The position numbers were made by a program, and so were the translations under genes. The notes beneath the pieces were generated by a model. The model was not told the DNA's origin. It saw only the letters and a list, made by a program, of their open reading frames with translations, and made no database searches. Positions 1 through 11,735 of a stretch of 64,000 nt of DNA are shown piece by piece; position 1 is the stretch's first letter, and the number at the start of each line of letters is the position of its first letter. Where the stretch lies: contig NC_091472.1 in the NCBI RefSeq assembly GCF_036971445.1, positions 203,484,001-203,548,000 of the forward strand. The letters run 5' to 3'. The DNA is from Narcine bancroftii (taxonomy: Eukaryota).

Positions 1-514
1 AGCTGGGTGAATTGTCCTTTCTTTCTGATTCTATCAATCATTTTAGTAATTTTATTCACCTGAACATTTTACATGATGCTATCGGCCCTATCTCACTGTT
101 ATCAATAGAATGGGCAAGAAGGGGACTTCAGTGGCCAGGGTGATGGTTGTGGGAATTGTAATTACAAACACTGCTCAGGGAAACTAGTAAAGCCCACTCA
201 CCAGTTATTGATCAGGCTGGAGGACAGTGAGGTAACCGGTCTAACGTGGATAGGTCCCACAGAGTGAATGGTGACGATCTGGGGATAGTGATGGAGCAGA
301 GAGATCTGGGAGTGCGGGTGGTCAAAAGAGCGTTTGGCATATTGGCCTTCATCAGCCGGAGATCTGGAGAGGCCACGTTTCCTGAGGCGCCATTTAGTGC
401 AATGTATTCAGTCACAAGCTGGAAAGTTGATTGAGCTGCGTCACGAAATGATGGAGAGCGTCGAGGAACGCGGTATCATTTGTGTTTAACAAATTCAGGT
501 TGTTTGATACATAC

Positions 515-728
515 AGACATACAGCACGGTCACGGGCCCTTTCGGCCCCCTATCCTAATCGAATTTCAACCTCGGTATGTTTCGAACGGTGGGAGGAAAC
601 CGGAGCCCCCGGGGAAAGCCCATGTAGACAAGGGGAGAACGTACCAACTCCTTACAGACAGCGCGGGATTCGAACTCCCGTCCCGATCGCCGGCGCCGTA
701 AAGGAGTTGCGCTCGCTCACCGCGCCGC
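515..728 (-). mobile_element. tRNA-derived SINE
   Basis: Reverse-strand B-box-like GAGTTCGAATCCCG and a body shared with copies at about 3490-3990, 11560-11735 and 25840-26010. Confidence 0.75.
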
Positions 729-839
729 TCTTTATCTCGTGTTATTTCATCGCCATTTTCTGCTTCTTCATGTCAAATTTACCAATCTGAACTACATTTG
801 CCGTGTTTGCTTCGCTCTCTTTGTTTGAACAGGAACCGA

Positions 840-1170
840 GAATTGGGAACCTTCCAGCGATCTATTATGGAATTGGGAAGCTTTGAGTGATCTTGTGGAA
901 TTCGGAACCTTCCAGCGATCTATTATGGATCTGGGAAGCTTTGAGTGATCTATTATGGAATTGGGAACCTTCCAACGATCTATTATGGAACTGGGAATCT
1001 TTCAGTGATCTATTATGGAATTGGGAACCTTCCAACGATCTATTATGGAACTGGGAATCTTTCAGTGATCTATTATGGAATTGGGAACCTTCCAACGATC
1101 TATTATGGAACTGGGAATCTTTCAGTGATCTATTATGGAATTGGGAACCTTTGAATGATCTATTATGGAA
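840..1170. repeat. Minisatellite: 11 x 30-bp units arranged as 60-bp A/B dimers
   Basis: Unit AATTGGGAACCTTCCAACGATCTATTATGG alternates with AACTGGGAATCTTTCAGTGATCTATTATGG. 961-1140 is three identical 60-mers. Confidence 0.97.
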
Positions 1171-2463
1171 AGAACTACAACCTCCACTTCGGCAAAATAC
1201 ACGAATCAGACGGCCTCTACTAACAGTGCAGTCAAAGTTCTCTGTTCTAATAAGTTCATCGCATTCAAATTTAATGAAAAATTATATTAATGCGAGGCCA
1301 GTGGCCTCAGTGCACCGCGCCTTCCACGTCTTTCTCTCTCAGCTACATTCGTACTTCAGGAAAAGTCTTGAGCTCACCGTCTTTCTCCTTCTGTGGCGAA
1401 TTTCATCCTGCCTTGTATTATCCAATCACCTTTTCCTTTCCTGACTGAAATGTCCCTTGTATAGTGGAGCCTAACAAAGAAGAGGGAAACTGCGGACTTT
1501 AACCTCTGGTTCAGCTGATACTTTTTGACAAGGGCCAATTCGTCATCCCATCAGCATGTTGGTTGCCACGCGTATGCGTGAACACTCGGGTTTGTAATCA
1601 GTACTCATCCGCCCATATTTATCTCTCGTTTTATATTCCCGCAAATTATTCTTTACGATAAATTCCTTTCTTCCGGGGGGAACAGGCAAGCCGAAATAAC
1701 GATTTCATCACTCTGCACAATCAAAGCGACATTTTAGGTTCTGGTCTCCAGATCATCCAAACAATTTTCCCATCAATAAAATATTTAAAGCATGAAGTTT
1801 GTGCTTCTCGTTGATACAACGGTTTGTAATGGGATTACATTTCTTAGGGAAGCTGACAAAAACGTTTTGCTTGGTGTATCTGCTCTCTCTGGGTGCCGTG
1901 CACAATTTAAGTCTGGCCGATAGATTGTAAACGCAGCACATTAGCAACTCATATAATTTCTGTTTGAACTGTTGTGCCAATATTTAATTAAAAAGATGGA
2001 AAATGTTTGTCTTCGTATTTCGGAATCTAAGCTCGTAGGTTGAGGACTTTTTTGAGTGAAACACGGCAGGCTGGAGACACTGTGATTGTAGTAAACACAC
2101 AGAAACGCTGGAGGAGCTCGGCCCGTCTTTATATCTCAAGAACTGCCTGCCTGGTCGATGCTTCAAAATTCAGATTTAGTGTTAAGACACCAGGTTTCAA
2201 TTCAATATCTGGTGTAGAATCTATGCGGCAACCGGCGCCTCCCGCGGGGTTGATCGCTGTGCTCCAGGCCACAACAAGCCCCAATCTCAGGTCATGCGTT
2301 TGTTCCTGCCGTCCCTGAATTATCTCGTATTGAATGACAGAGGGAATAGATGTGTCCGAAAGTAAAGCGGCCACTGTTTTGTGCATTTTTAAGTAGCCAG
2401 AAATTCAAAACCAAACCCCATCAAACAACTGGCAACATGTAATTGATGCCAACCGGCACCATG

Positions 2464-2471
2464 ATTTGCCT
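2464..2471 (+). promoter_or_regulatory. Mutated Ig octamer (ATTTGCCT) of the IgL pseudogene
   Basis: One mismatch to ATTTGCAT, in TGATTTGCCT decamer context, 113 bp before the ATG at 2577. A CAACTG E-box lies upstream, as in the intact gene. Confidence 0.7.
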
Positions 2472-2576
2472 TAATCAGGTGACATCCAGCCCCACGATTC
2501 ATAAGCGAGTCGAAAACAAGCTGAGAAGCCACTTCAGTCAGAAAATGTGACCTTGCTTTAACACCAGTCAATTGAA

Positions 2577-2625
2577 ATGGGTTGTTGCATTCGGGTGGAC
2601 AGTGTGTTGGTTATTTGCGTGACTT
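2577..2625 (+). pseudogene. IgL pseudogene leader exon (MGCCIRVDSVLVICVT-)
   Basis: Same 49-nt length and phase as the intact leader. ATG context AATTGAA-ATG versus AATTGAAG-ATG, a degenerate GTGACT donor and a 96-nt intron. Confidence 0.75.
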
Positions 2626-2721
2626 GTGACTTTAATCGGCACTTAATTTCTTCCGTGGGAAGTTTCGCTGATGTTTTCATTGCAAATTATTGAACTGAAC
2701 GAGCTGACTCCTATTTTGTAG

Positions 2722-3038
2722 ATTTAAACGCAGAAATTACAGTCAGTCAGTCGCGTTCAACGACCATCGCGCTGGGACAAAACGATCCTGCACTAGGCCT
2801 GGGGCCAGTTTAGAGAATGACAACGTTTACTGGTCATCATCTTCATGCTTCCCGGTTCTCGTCTGTTTTTGGTCCAGCAAGAGCAGCGTGAGACGAGGTC
2901 TGGGAGTTTCAGGAAGGTTCCCCGGCTCCGGATCGGGCAACAAGGGATCTTTCACAATATTAAACGTACAATCGGTGGGCGCCGCAGACTATCATTGCGC
3001 CATAATATTGGGAAAAGGAACAAGGTTGAGTGTTGGCA
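2722..3038 (+). pseudogene. Germline-joined IgL V-J pseudo-exon, frameshifted
   Basis: TTTTGTAG acceptor; LNAEITVSQSRS..LGQ / SCTRPGASLENDNVYW / LPGSRLFL.. / GVSGRFPGSGSGNKGSFTILNVQSVGAADYHC-AII-LGKGTRLSVG, then a phase-1 GTAAGT donor. Indels in FR1 and FR2. Confidence 0.9.
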
Positions 3039-3485
3039 GTAAGTAAAATATATTCTTTCTGAGATGACGTGTGAAAATAATTAATTGAATTACAGTGGGC
3101 AATTTGTTTCTCCGAAAAGTTTCCTTCCTGGAAACAGTGGGGATTATGATCGACAACTTCAAGATGAACAGAAAGATAATTTCAGATTTGCTGCATCGTG
3201 TTGGAAGTTGGAGAAACATTGGTTTAACTTTGATTGAATTTACCGTCATCTTGACGCTGGCACATGACGTTAGTTGAACCGACCCAAAATGTTTTGCCGT
3301 TGATTTTTCGTTTGTATTCAGGCCCTAATAAGCTTTTCCTGGTTAAACCTTTCACCATGTTCGTTGAGCAGCAGAGAACTCCAAGTGCAAATGCAGGAAG
3401 TGAATTTTCAGAGACATGGTTCTGTGTGCTTGAGGTAGACTTAAAATATGGCAGGAAATCACAAAAATAGGTGGGATCTGTTTTG

Positions 3486-3990
3486 GGGCGACACGGTTGG
3501 CGTAGTAGTTGTAGCAATGCCTTTATAGAGCCAGACCAGATTCTGAATCCCACCTGTCGGTACCGTCTGCATGGGGTTTCCCCGGGGGCTCCAGTTTCCG
3601 CCCACTGTTCAAAATGTACTGGGGGGGGGGGGGTTGTAAATTAATGGGGTGTAAATCCGTGCACGGATTTGTGGGCCGAAATGGCCTGTTACAGGACTGC
3701 AGATCTAAATTTGTTTTAAAATCTATAACACTTGTAAACTGATGAAGGAAAGGTTGGCGTAGTGGGTGGCACAATTAGCCTAGCAGTTAGCACAACGTTG
3801 TTACAGCGCTAGCGATTGGGACTGGGGTTGCAATCCCGCTCTGTCTGTAAGGAGTTTGTACGTTCTAACCATGACTGCGTGGGTATCCCCTACAGCTCCT
3901 GTTTCTTTCCACCGTTTGAAAATGTACTGAGGGTTGTGAGTTTTTTTAAAAAAAGGTGTAAATGGCTTATGACAGAGCTGCACGTGTAAA
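3486..3990 (+). mobile_element. Two tandem tRNA-derived SINE copies
   Basis: GGTTGGCGTAGT A-box-like starts, B-box-like motifs and a shared TGGGTTTCCCC..GCTCC body. Confidence 0.7.
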
Positions 3991-4019
3991 CATAGAATAT
4001 GGACAATGACAGCACAGTA

Positions 4020-4545
4020 CAGGCATTTCTGCTTTCGATGTTGGACCAACCCATATTCCATTTAAAAAAAACACTAAAACCTCCCTCCCCCGTAACCTCT
4101 ATTTTTCTTTCATCCGTGTGCCTGTCTGAGAGTCACTTAAATGACCCTAATGTTTCAGCCTCCACCACCATCCCCGACAATGCATGCTAGGCACCCACAA
4201 ACAACTCTTGTGTATATTTATTTTTTTAATCTTACCCCTGACGTCTCCTCTAAACTTCTCTCCCTTAACGTTTTACACATGTCCTCTGGTGTTTGCTGAT
4301 CCTGGCCTGGGAAACAGGCGTTGGCTGTCCACCCTATTTATGCCTCTCATAATCTTGTAGCCCTCTGTCAAGTCTCCTCCCATCCTTCTACACTCTGAAG
4401 AGAAAAGTCCCAGCTCTGCTAGCCTTGCCTCATAAGAATTGTTTTCTAATCCAGGCAGCGTCCTGGTAAATCTCCTCTCCACCTTCTCCACAGCTTCCAC
4501 ATCCTTCCTATAATGAGTTGACCACAACTGAACACAAAATCCCAA
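4020..4545 (-). mobile_element. CR1 LINE 3' fragment
   Basis: CVQLWSTHYRKDVEAVEKVERRFTR..YEARL..LGLFS..RRMGGDL is the CR1 ORF2 C-terminus. Confidence 0.9.
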
Positions 4546-4550
4546 AGCAT

Positions 4551-4913
4551 TTGAGCAACATTCAGAATCATATGGCCTTGGATTTTCTGTTAGCAAAACA
4601 AGGTGGCACGTGTACCATTGTCGGTTCTGACTGTTGCTAGTATATTCCTAATGTAACCACTAATATTTCTGTTATTATTCAGCATGTTTCGAATTCTGTT
4701 CGTGAGCTCCAGCGTCTGGGTATTGTGGCCAACAAGGATAGTTTGAGCCTTGGTTGGAATCCTTTTTCATGGTTAACTGGTACATTTGGGGGGTTGGGCC
4801 ACACTATTCTCCGTTGGTTGCTCCCTTTATTGCTTGTTTTTGTGATTATTGTAGTTTTGATTTCTCTTTTACGCTCTTTTTGTACTCTTATGCTTGTCAA
4901 GTCTCGTGTCTGA
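4551..4913 (+). mobile_element. env: Endogenous retrovirus env TM-subunit remnant (gamma-type)
   Basis: IQNHMALDFLLAKQGGTCTIVGSDCC*YIP contains an immunosuppressive domain and a CX6CC motif, followed by a membrane anchor (WLLPLLLVFVIIVVLISLL). One in-frame stop. Confidence 0.9.
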
Positions 4914-5049
4914 CAGCCTGTGATCAAGGGGTGGAATGTAATGGAAGATTCATAAATTAGATCAGCCATGATCGTATTGAATGGCAGAGCAGGCTTGATG
5001 GGCCATTTTTGGCCTACTCCTGTTCCTACTTCCTATGTTCCTATATTCT

Positions 5050-5689
5050 AACCTGCTTTTTTAATTTGCAGCTCTGGGTTCTGCAAGGCTAAGAACCTGC
5101 TTGTTTTTAGAATCAGCAGACATAAGCTAAATTCCACCGAGGTGCCAGAGATGCTGTTATCTGAAGAAAGGACACCTGTGTACCAAGAACATTTAATCTT
5201 CCTGCTTGTTTTGGTCACAGACTGTCAGAAACCTAGCCTTGATGCAAAATAAACCATTGTATTCAAAGTGATAAGCTGAAAATTATATTATTTGTTAGTA
5301 GTCTAACATGCTAGCTTGCTCACTTATCTTTCTTGCTGTGCTGGGAATAGGTGCTTGGGTAAGCACTTTTTGGGTAATATAAGCCATGGTCCCGCTGCTG
5401 AAGTTTGAGACTCTGAGAGGTGACATCTCTCAGCAAGAAGAACTTCTAGAGTCCAGCCAATGTCCCAGTCAGGGGAGGTGGAGAAGCTGCTACCGGCGCC
5501 CTGACAACCTACTACAAGTGTGCAGTCATTGCCTCGCTTCGGCAGTTGGGACCAGTCCAAGTGTTGATAAGTATAGTTGGGAAGGGCTTGCATATTGTAG
5601 TGTGAAATCAGCATTTGAATTTGTAATAAACTTTTGTATAATCTGAACTACTCTCGGTGTGTGTGTCTATTTTCTTTCGGTAGCTCAAA
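5050..5689 (+). mobile_element. ERV-like LTR remnant downstream of env
   Basis: TATA (AATATAAG) about 5376, AATAAA about 5625, ends in ...AACA. The 5' boundary is obscured by a CR1 fragment. Confidence 0.55.
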
Positions 5690-5744
5690 CACTGACCAAT
5701 CTAAAACGAACAAAGTGAGAGGTACAAGTTTACCCAAGACAGTG

Positions 5745-5960
5745 ATCTTTAAGGTAAAGGTTCCATTATTGGAACATAATACTATATTTAGAATGTAACA
5801 TACATGAAATTCTTTAACATTTTGTCTACTGTGAGGCAGACTGAGAGCCACCACTTCGTTCAGCGCCCCTCACAAAAACCTACAGAACCTGGTGTTCCCA
5901 GGTAGTCTCCCCTTCCAAATACTGAGCCTGCTTAGCTTCTGAGGTGTATTCAGGCTATTA
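5745..5960 (-). mobile_element. 5S rRNA-derived SINE (SINE3-like) or 5S retrocopy with LINE-type tail
   Basis: Minus strand reads CTCAGAAGCTAAGCAGG..CAGTATTTGGAAGGGGAGACTACCTGGGAACACCAGGTTCTGTAGGTTTTT, matching 5S rRNA with deletions, followed by a tail of about 120 nt. Confidence 0.75.
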
Positions 5961-7150
5961 GCAGCTTTGTAGAGATTTGTAGAGTTGCAACATTATCTCT
6001 CTACTCCTGAACTCAATCCCCCTATTAATGAAGCCCAGCATCCCATCTGCCTTTCTTCTTAACTATCCTATCAATCTGTGTGGCGACCTTGAGGGATGAA
6101 TGGATTTGAACTGCAAGGTCCCTCTGTTTATCCACCCTCTTAAGAAACTGACATTTAATCCTGTATTCAGTCTTATGGTTTTTCCTTCCCAAATGCATCA
6201 TCTCGCACTTATCAGGATTGAACTCCACATGCCACTTTTCAGCCAAATTTTCATCCTGTCTCTATCCTCTTGTAACCTTCAACAACCTTCAGCTCCATCC
6301 ACAACTCCTCCAACCTTCATATCATTCGCAAAGTTACTGACCCATCCTTCCACCTTTTCATCCAGGTCATTTATAAAAATTGCAAAGAACATGTGTCCCT
6401 GCGGCCCCTCCACTAGTCACTGACCTCCAGGCAGATACTTCCACTTTTACTCTTTGCTTTGTTCCTGCAAGCCAATTTTTTTTAACCATACAGCCAAGGT
6501 TCCACTGATCCCATGCCTCATTACTTTCTGGATGAATCTCTTATGGGGGAACTTGTCAAATGCCTTGCTAAAATTCATGCAGATTACATCTATCATCCTA
6601 TCCTTATCAATTTCTTTTGTTACCTCATCACAAACTCAATTAGGCTCAGGAGGCATGACCTTCCCTTCACAAAGCCACACTGATGATCCTTGAGTAGACT
6701 GAGTTTCTACAAATGCTCATAGATCCCATCTTCATTCTTGTAATCCTTCTGTTCTCACATACGCATAGAACATCTTGGGGTTCTCCATAATCCTACATGC
6801 CAAAGCCTTCTCATGCCCCCTTTGATCTCTCCTAAATCCTTTTTTTTTAAAGCTCCTTTCTGGCTATATTTCTCTTGAGCCCTTCCTGTTTCTGCTTCCT
6901 ATATCTAACATATGCTTCCTCCTTCCTCTTGACTAGTTGTCTGACCTGTTTCATCAGCCATGGTTCCCTTTTCCTTGTCCCACTGGGACAAACCTATCCT
7001 GAACCCTACACAAGTGGCCTCTAAATTTCCTCCACATTACGTTCTCCACAAACGTTGGTTTGTTACCAATTTACTCTCACCAGTTCCTGCCTCATCCTAT
7101 CACAATTTTCCCCTTCCTATTTAAGCAGTTTCCCATTTTTGTCTGATTGC
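5960..7150 (-). mobile_element. CR1 LINE ORF2 fragments
   Basis: AEKWHVEFNPDKCEMMHLGRKN..QRDLAV and decayed RT motifs. Confidence 0.85.
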
Positions 7151-7980
7151 TTTCACACAATCTGTGAAGAGCAAAGCAGGGTGGTCATTTCAGGTTCTCG
7201 ACACCAGGGCAGGCCTACTCTGTTAAATTCATTTTTCTCTCTACAGAAGCCACCTAAATGGTTGGGCACTCTTTGCATTTTCAGTTTTGATGTCAGAATT
7301 TCAGTAATATATACGAATGGTATTTCACTCTGCAACAAATAGCTGATTTCTTGAATGTAATTTGGTCCAATGGTTGGTCTAAATTTTGATTTGAACCATT
7401 TAACCTCTTTATTTTGAAAAGATTCTCTCTCATTATTTCAGTCATTTGAAGTACCCGAGGCAACTTTCAGCTTCCATGTACTCTCCAAGGAATCATGGGC
7501 CAGGAACAAATCGGGCGACCGTCAAACATTGAAGTTGCAGCCCAAACTTGGAAATCCCAGAGAAAATGATTCTCTGCATCTTACCTTTACACATCTGTGC
7601 ATATTCCCTTCTTTATTTGGCCCCGCACTTCTTGAACTTCAGTGTTCCTGAATAATGTGTCCAATCTTTCCTATGTTTCATCAGAACCCATGCCAACCAA
7701 CAATCGCCATGTGCTGAAGGGGATTCTTTATTTTTTATGATGCATTAGTTACCACGCCAATAATGTCAAATTATTGTGTCCTCGTGGTATTTTTGTTTCA
7801 TGAAGTGAAATCCATTGTGGAAGGAAGCATGAGAAGAGTCAACAATGCAAGGAAACAAGACAATATGGAAAAGGAGTCCCCCACCATCTCCAACGTAATT
7901 ATTCAGGCTGATGTGTTTCACCAGTGCCTGTCTTCTTCTTGAGGTAGGTTAAAATGAGTATTTCTCAGTTCTAGTTCTAA

Positions 7981-9445
7981 AATGGCAGAGTGGTTAGTTG
8001 TAGAAAGTGTGCACCAGCATGTCGATAAGGTTGATGAGATGACAAAACGGAGATGTTTCTTCTGTGGTTTCTCTTACCATTCATGGGATCACTGTCCAGC
8101 ATGTGAGGCTACTTGTAATAAATGTGCCAAGAAGGAGCACTATCCCTGGGTGTGCAAATCCAAGGCTTCACCAAGCTCAGTGGCCACAGTGGTCAATTCT
8201 CATGTAATGTGCCACAAGGACTCGCTCAAGCCACAACCTTTGTGACTAAGTGGGAAAAGGTTAATGCTCTGTTGGATTCATGCAGCACTAATAGTTACAT
8301 TAGCGAGGAAGTCATACAGAAACTAAAACTAGAGGTTCACCCATCCAGTAAAGACTGACTCAGAAAACTTTAACCACTACTTCCCAAGGATATGTAGTGG
8401 TTGACCTAACTGTTAGTCTTAATAGCCAGTCATACACTGCCACATGACTTGGTGTATTGAAGGACCTAGGTTCTGACTTAATACTTAGCCAGGATTTCCA
8501 TTGTCAGCATCTGAGTGTGAATGTGAAGGCGGAGGACCCTTGTCTGAGCTAACTGTGAATGGTGCTGATCAGTACTGAGCACTGACAGCAGCAAAAATAG
8601 AAGAGCCATCCCTTTTCTCAAACCTATCACCAAGCTGTAAACCCAATTGCTGCCAAATCGAGATGCTTTAACAAAGATGATCAGGACTTCATTGCAGAGG
8701 GAATTCACCAATTACTTTCAGAAGGCATAATTGAGATGTGCATATCACCATGGCGAGCCCAAGGGGTAGTGGTGAAGGATCTTGCCCACCGACACAAGAA
8801 GCGAATGTGTGTGGATTATTCACAATCAATCAACACATGGAACTGGATGCTTACTCTTTGCCAAGAATTGACAGAATGGTGAATGAACTTGCCAAATATA
8901 GTGTGTTCTCTTCCTTTGACCTGAAAAATGTCTACCATCAAGTGTCACTGAAGGAGTCAGATAAGAAGTATACAGCTTTTGAAGTCAATGGACGTTTATA
9001 CCAATTTTGTAGGATTCCATTTGTATTCACAAATAGGGTAGCTGCCTTCCAGTGGGCTATGGATAAGTTAGTTAGAGAAGAAAAACTGCAAGGTGCCTTC
9101 CCTTACCTCGATAATATAATTATTGGTGGACTTGATCAAAATGTAAAGAAATTCATAAAGACCATCCAGCCAAAATCACCTAACACTTAATGACCATGGA
9201 GTCTGTGATTTCCATTAATGTCTTTGGATACTGGGTGGGGAAAGGTATCTTTTGGCCAGATGCTGAAAGACTTTGCCCACTACAAGAGCTTCCTCCACTA
9301 GAACATTTGTGATCATTAAAAAGGGTATTCGGGATGTTTGTTTATTATACCAAATGGATTCATGGGTTTTCTAACAAGATTCAACTGATGGTAAATACAG
9401 AGAAGTTTCCAATGGAGGAAAAGGCCCTGAATGCCTTTAACTTAC

Positions 9446-9480
<35 letters not shown>

Positions 9481-11400
9481 GGAGGAAGCCACCCTGCAGT
9501 CAGTGGATGAAAACTTACCCTTTGAGGTAGAGTGTGACGCATCTGATGTGGCTAAGAATAACTTTGCAATATTATGTTTTCCCCACCTAAACAAAAAAAG
9601 GCACTAGCAGTATCAAGGAACTCTTTTCAGGACTACTCCCATCCATATTGATTGGGAGGTTTTGATACATAACCAGAGCTCATTAGTTCTCATGGAGCTG
9701 TTTCAACATCCTCCACACTGTGTGAATGTGAAGGCGGAGGACCCTTGTCTGAGCTAACTGTGAACAGTGCTGATCAGTACTGTGAGGACAGCCTGTTGCA
9801 TTCCTTGCAAAGACACTACAAGGAAGTGAACTGCTCTACCACATTGTAGAGAAAGAAGTGATAACATTGAGGCAGTGCACAAATGGAACCACTGCCTGAC
9901 ATGACACCACTTCAGCTTGGTTACTGATCAGAGGTCAGTGGCCTTTATGTTTGACAGTAAAAAGCATTCAACAATAAAGAATGAAAAGATTCAAGAATGG
10001 AGATTGGAACTTGCAGCATTTAGTTACACAATCAAGTACTGTCCTAAGAAAGAGAATGTGGTCCTTGATGCTTTTAGTTGGGCGTACACTTGTTCAGCCT
10101 TTACTACCCCCACACTCGCTGACATTTCCAATGGACTTTGTCATCCAGGAATAACTCGACTGCTGCATTTTGTTAGAGCAAAGAATCTCCACATTTCTAC
10201 AGAAGATGTCAAGAAGACTTGTGCTTCATGCAGGGTCTGTGCTAAACGAAAGCCTCAGTTCTACCACTCACCAGGAGGGATTCTTATCAAAGCCACAAAA
10301 GCTATTGATTTCAAGGGACCCTTGCCCTACAGCTTCATGTTACCCATATCCACTTGCAGTAGTTGATGAGTACATGTTTCCCCTTTGCCTTTCCATGTCC
10401 CAATATTCACTACAACAGTGATCAGATGCCTGGATCTGCTATTTGGCATATGTGGAATGCCAAATTACATACTCTGATTGAGGCACAACCTTCATGTCCA
10501 AGGATCTTAAAGATTATCTCTCCCAGAAGGGGTTTGCCACAAGTCATACTACCCCATACCACCTAATCAGGAATGGACAGGTAGAGGTTCAACAGCATCA
10601 TATGAAAGGCAGTCAGTTTGGCCTTTATATCACGTAACTTGCTCAAGAATCATTGGGAACTGGTGCTTCGCAAGGTACTACACTCCCAAATATTGCTGTT
10701 GTGTACAGCAACAAATACTACACCCCATGAATGTTTTTTTTTTGCATTCTAACTGCCGCTCACCCCATGGGAATTCACTGCCCTCCTGGCTAATGAACCC
10801 TGGACCTATACTACTAAGAAGATTGGTGAGGAGTAACAGCAGCCCACTTGCAGATCAAGTTGAACTCCCAGTAATCCAACATATGCAAACATCAGGTACC
10901 CAGATGAAGGGGAGTCCACTGTGTCTGTTCGTGACTTGGCACCTTGTGCAGGAACTCGGGTAATCCCCACATCTCCGATTGTGGAACAAGATAAAAGAAA
11001 TCTGGTGAAGCCAATACTTGAGGAGGAGGAGGAATATGTGACGTGGCACAGTGTGGAGGATGAAACAGCTCCACGAGAACTAATGAGCTCTGGTTATGTA
11101 TCAAAACCTCCCAATCAATATGGATGGGAGTAGTCCCGAAAAGAGTTCCTTGATACTGCTAGTGCCTTTTTTTGTTTAGGTGGGGAAAACATAATATTGC
11201 AAAGTTATTCTTAATTATGAATGAGCATGCATTTCATATTTAGCTGATCCTGGCTGCACTGCTCCTCAGGTCACCTGATCTCTTGCTCTAATCAGCTTCT
11301 TGCTGCTGCCATGCTCTTTTAAAAATTCTAATTGCTTTGCAGAACTATTAGCTTTGTTTTCTTCCCATTTAGATTGTATAGGGTGTAGAATAATGAGCAT
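7981..11400 (+). mobile_element. Decayed Gypsy LTR retrotransposon (5'-truncated)
   Basis: Zinc knuckles (CFFCG..H..C), protease LLDSCST, RT PYLDNII, RNase H ECDASD/TDQRS, integrase HPG..C..C/DFKGP, and a PPT at about 11176-11189. Confidence 0.92.
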
Positions 11401-11735
11401 AAATCCACTTATGTCAAATGTATGAGCCAAATAATTTTAAAATCTAATTTTCGGACAGTAATTATAGGATTAAGTTGAGTGAAGTTTGGAAAGCAGCCCC
11501 GTGTTTTTCATTCTCAAAACACCTATGATTTTTTTAATAAAAAGAGATGCAATTTTCTACTCGGGTTGCCGGTGTAACGCGATGTAGCGCTGCAGACTCT
11601 TCTGATCCAAGGACCCGAGTCCGCGTTGAATCCCGGCTAGTTGGGGTTTGCATGTTTTTCCTGCCAGTCACGGCGAGGCTCTCCTCCCATAGCCTAAAGG
11701 CACGCAAGTGGGTTAATAACTTAAATGATCCATGA

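Noticed and set aside
887-1444. 185-aa repeat ORF (NWEPSNDLLW) as a real protein
   Set aside because: Openness follows from a stop-free 30-bp repeat. It has no ATG start, there is a 2-nt deletion in unit 2, and no known domain.
5872-5880. Perfect RSS nonamer ACAAAAACC
   Set aside because: It is the 5S-derived oligo-T end on the other strand, with no good heptamer at 12 or 23 nt.
7442-7590. Splice acceptor followed by an open stretch, as a candidate C exon for the pseudogene
   Set aside because: No C1-set motifs in any frame.
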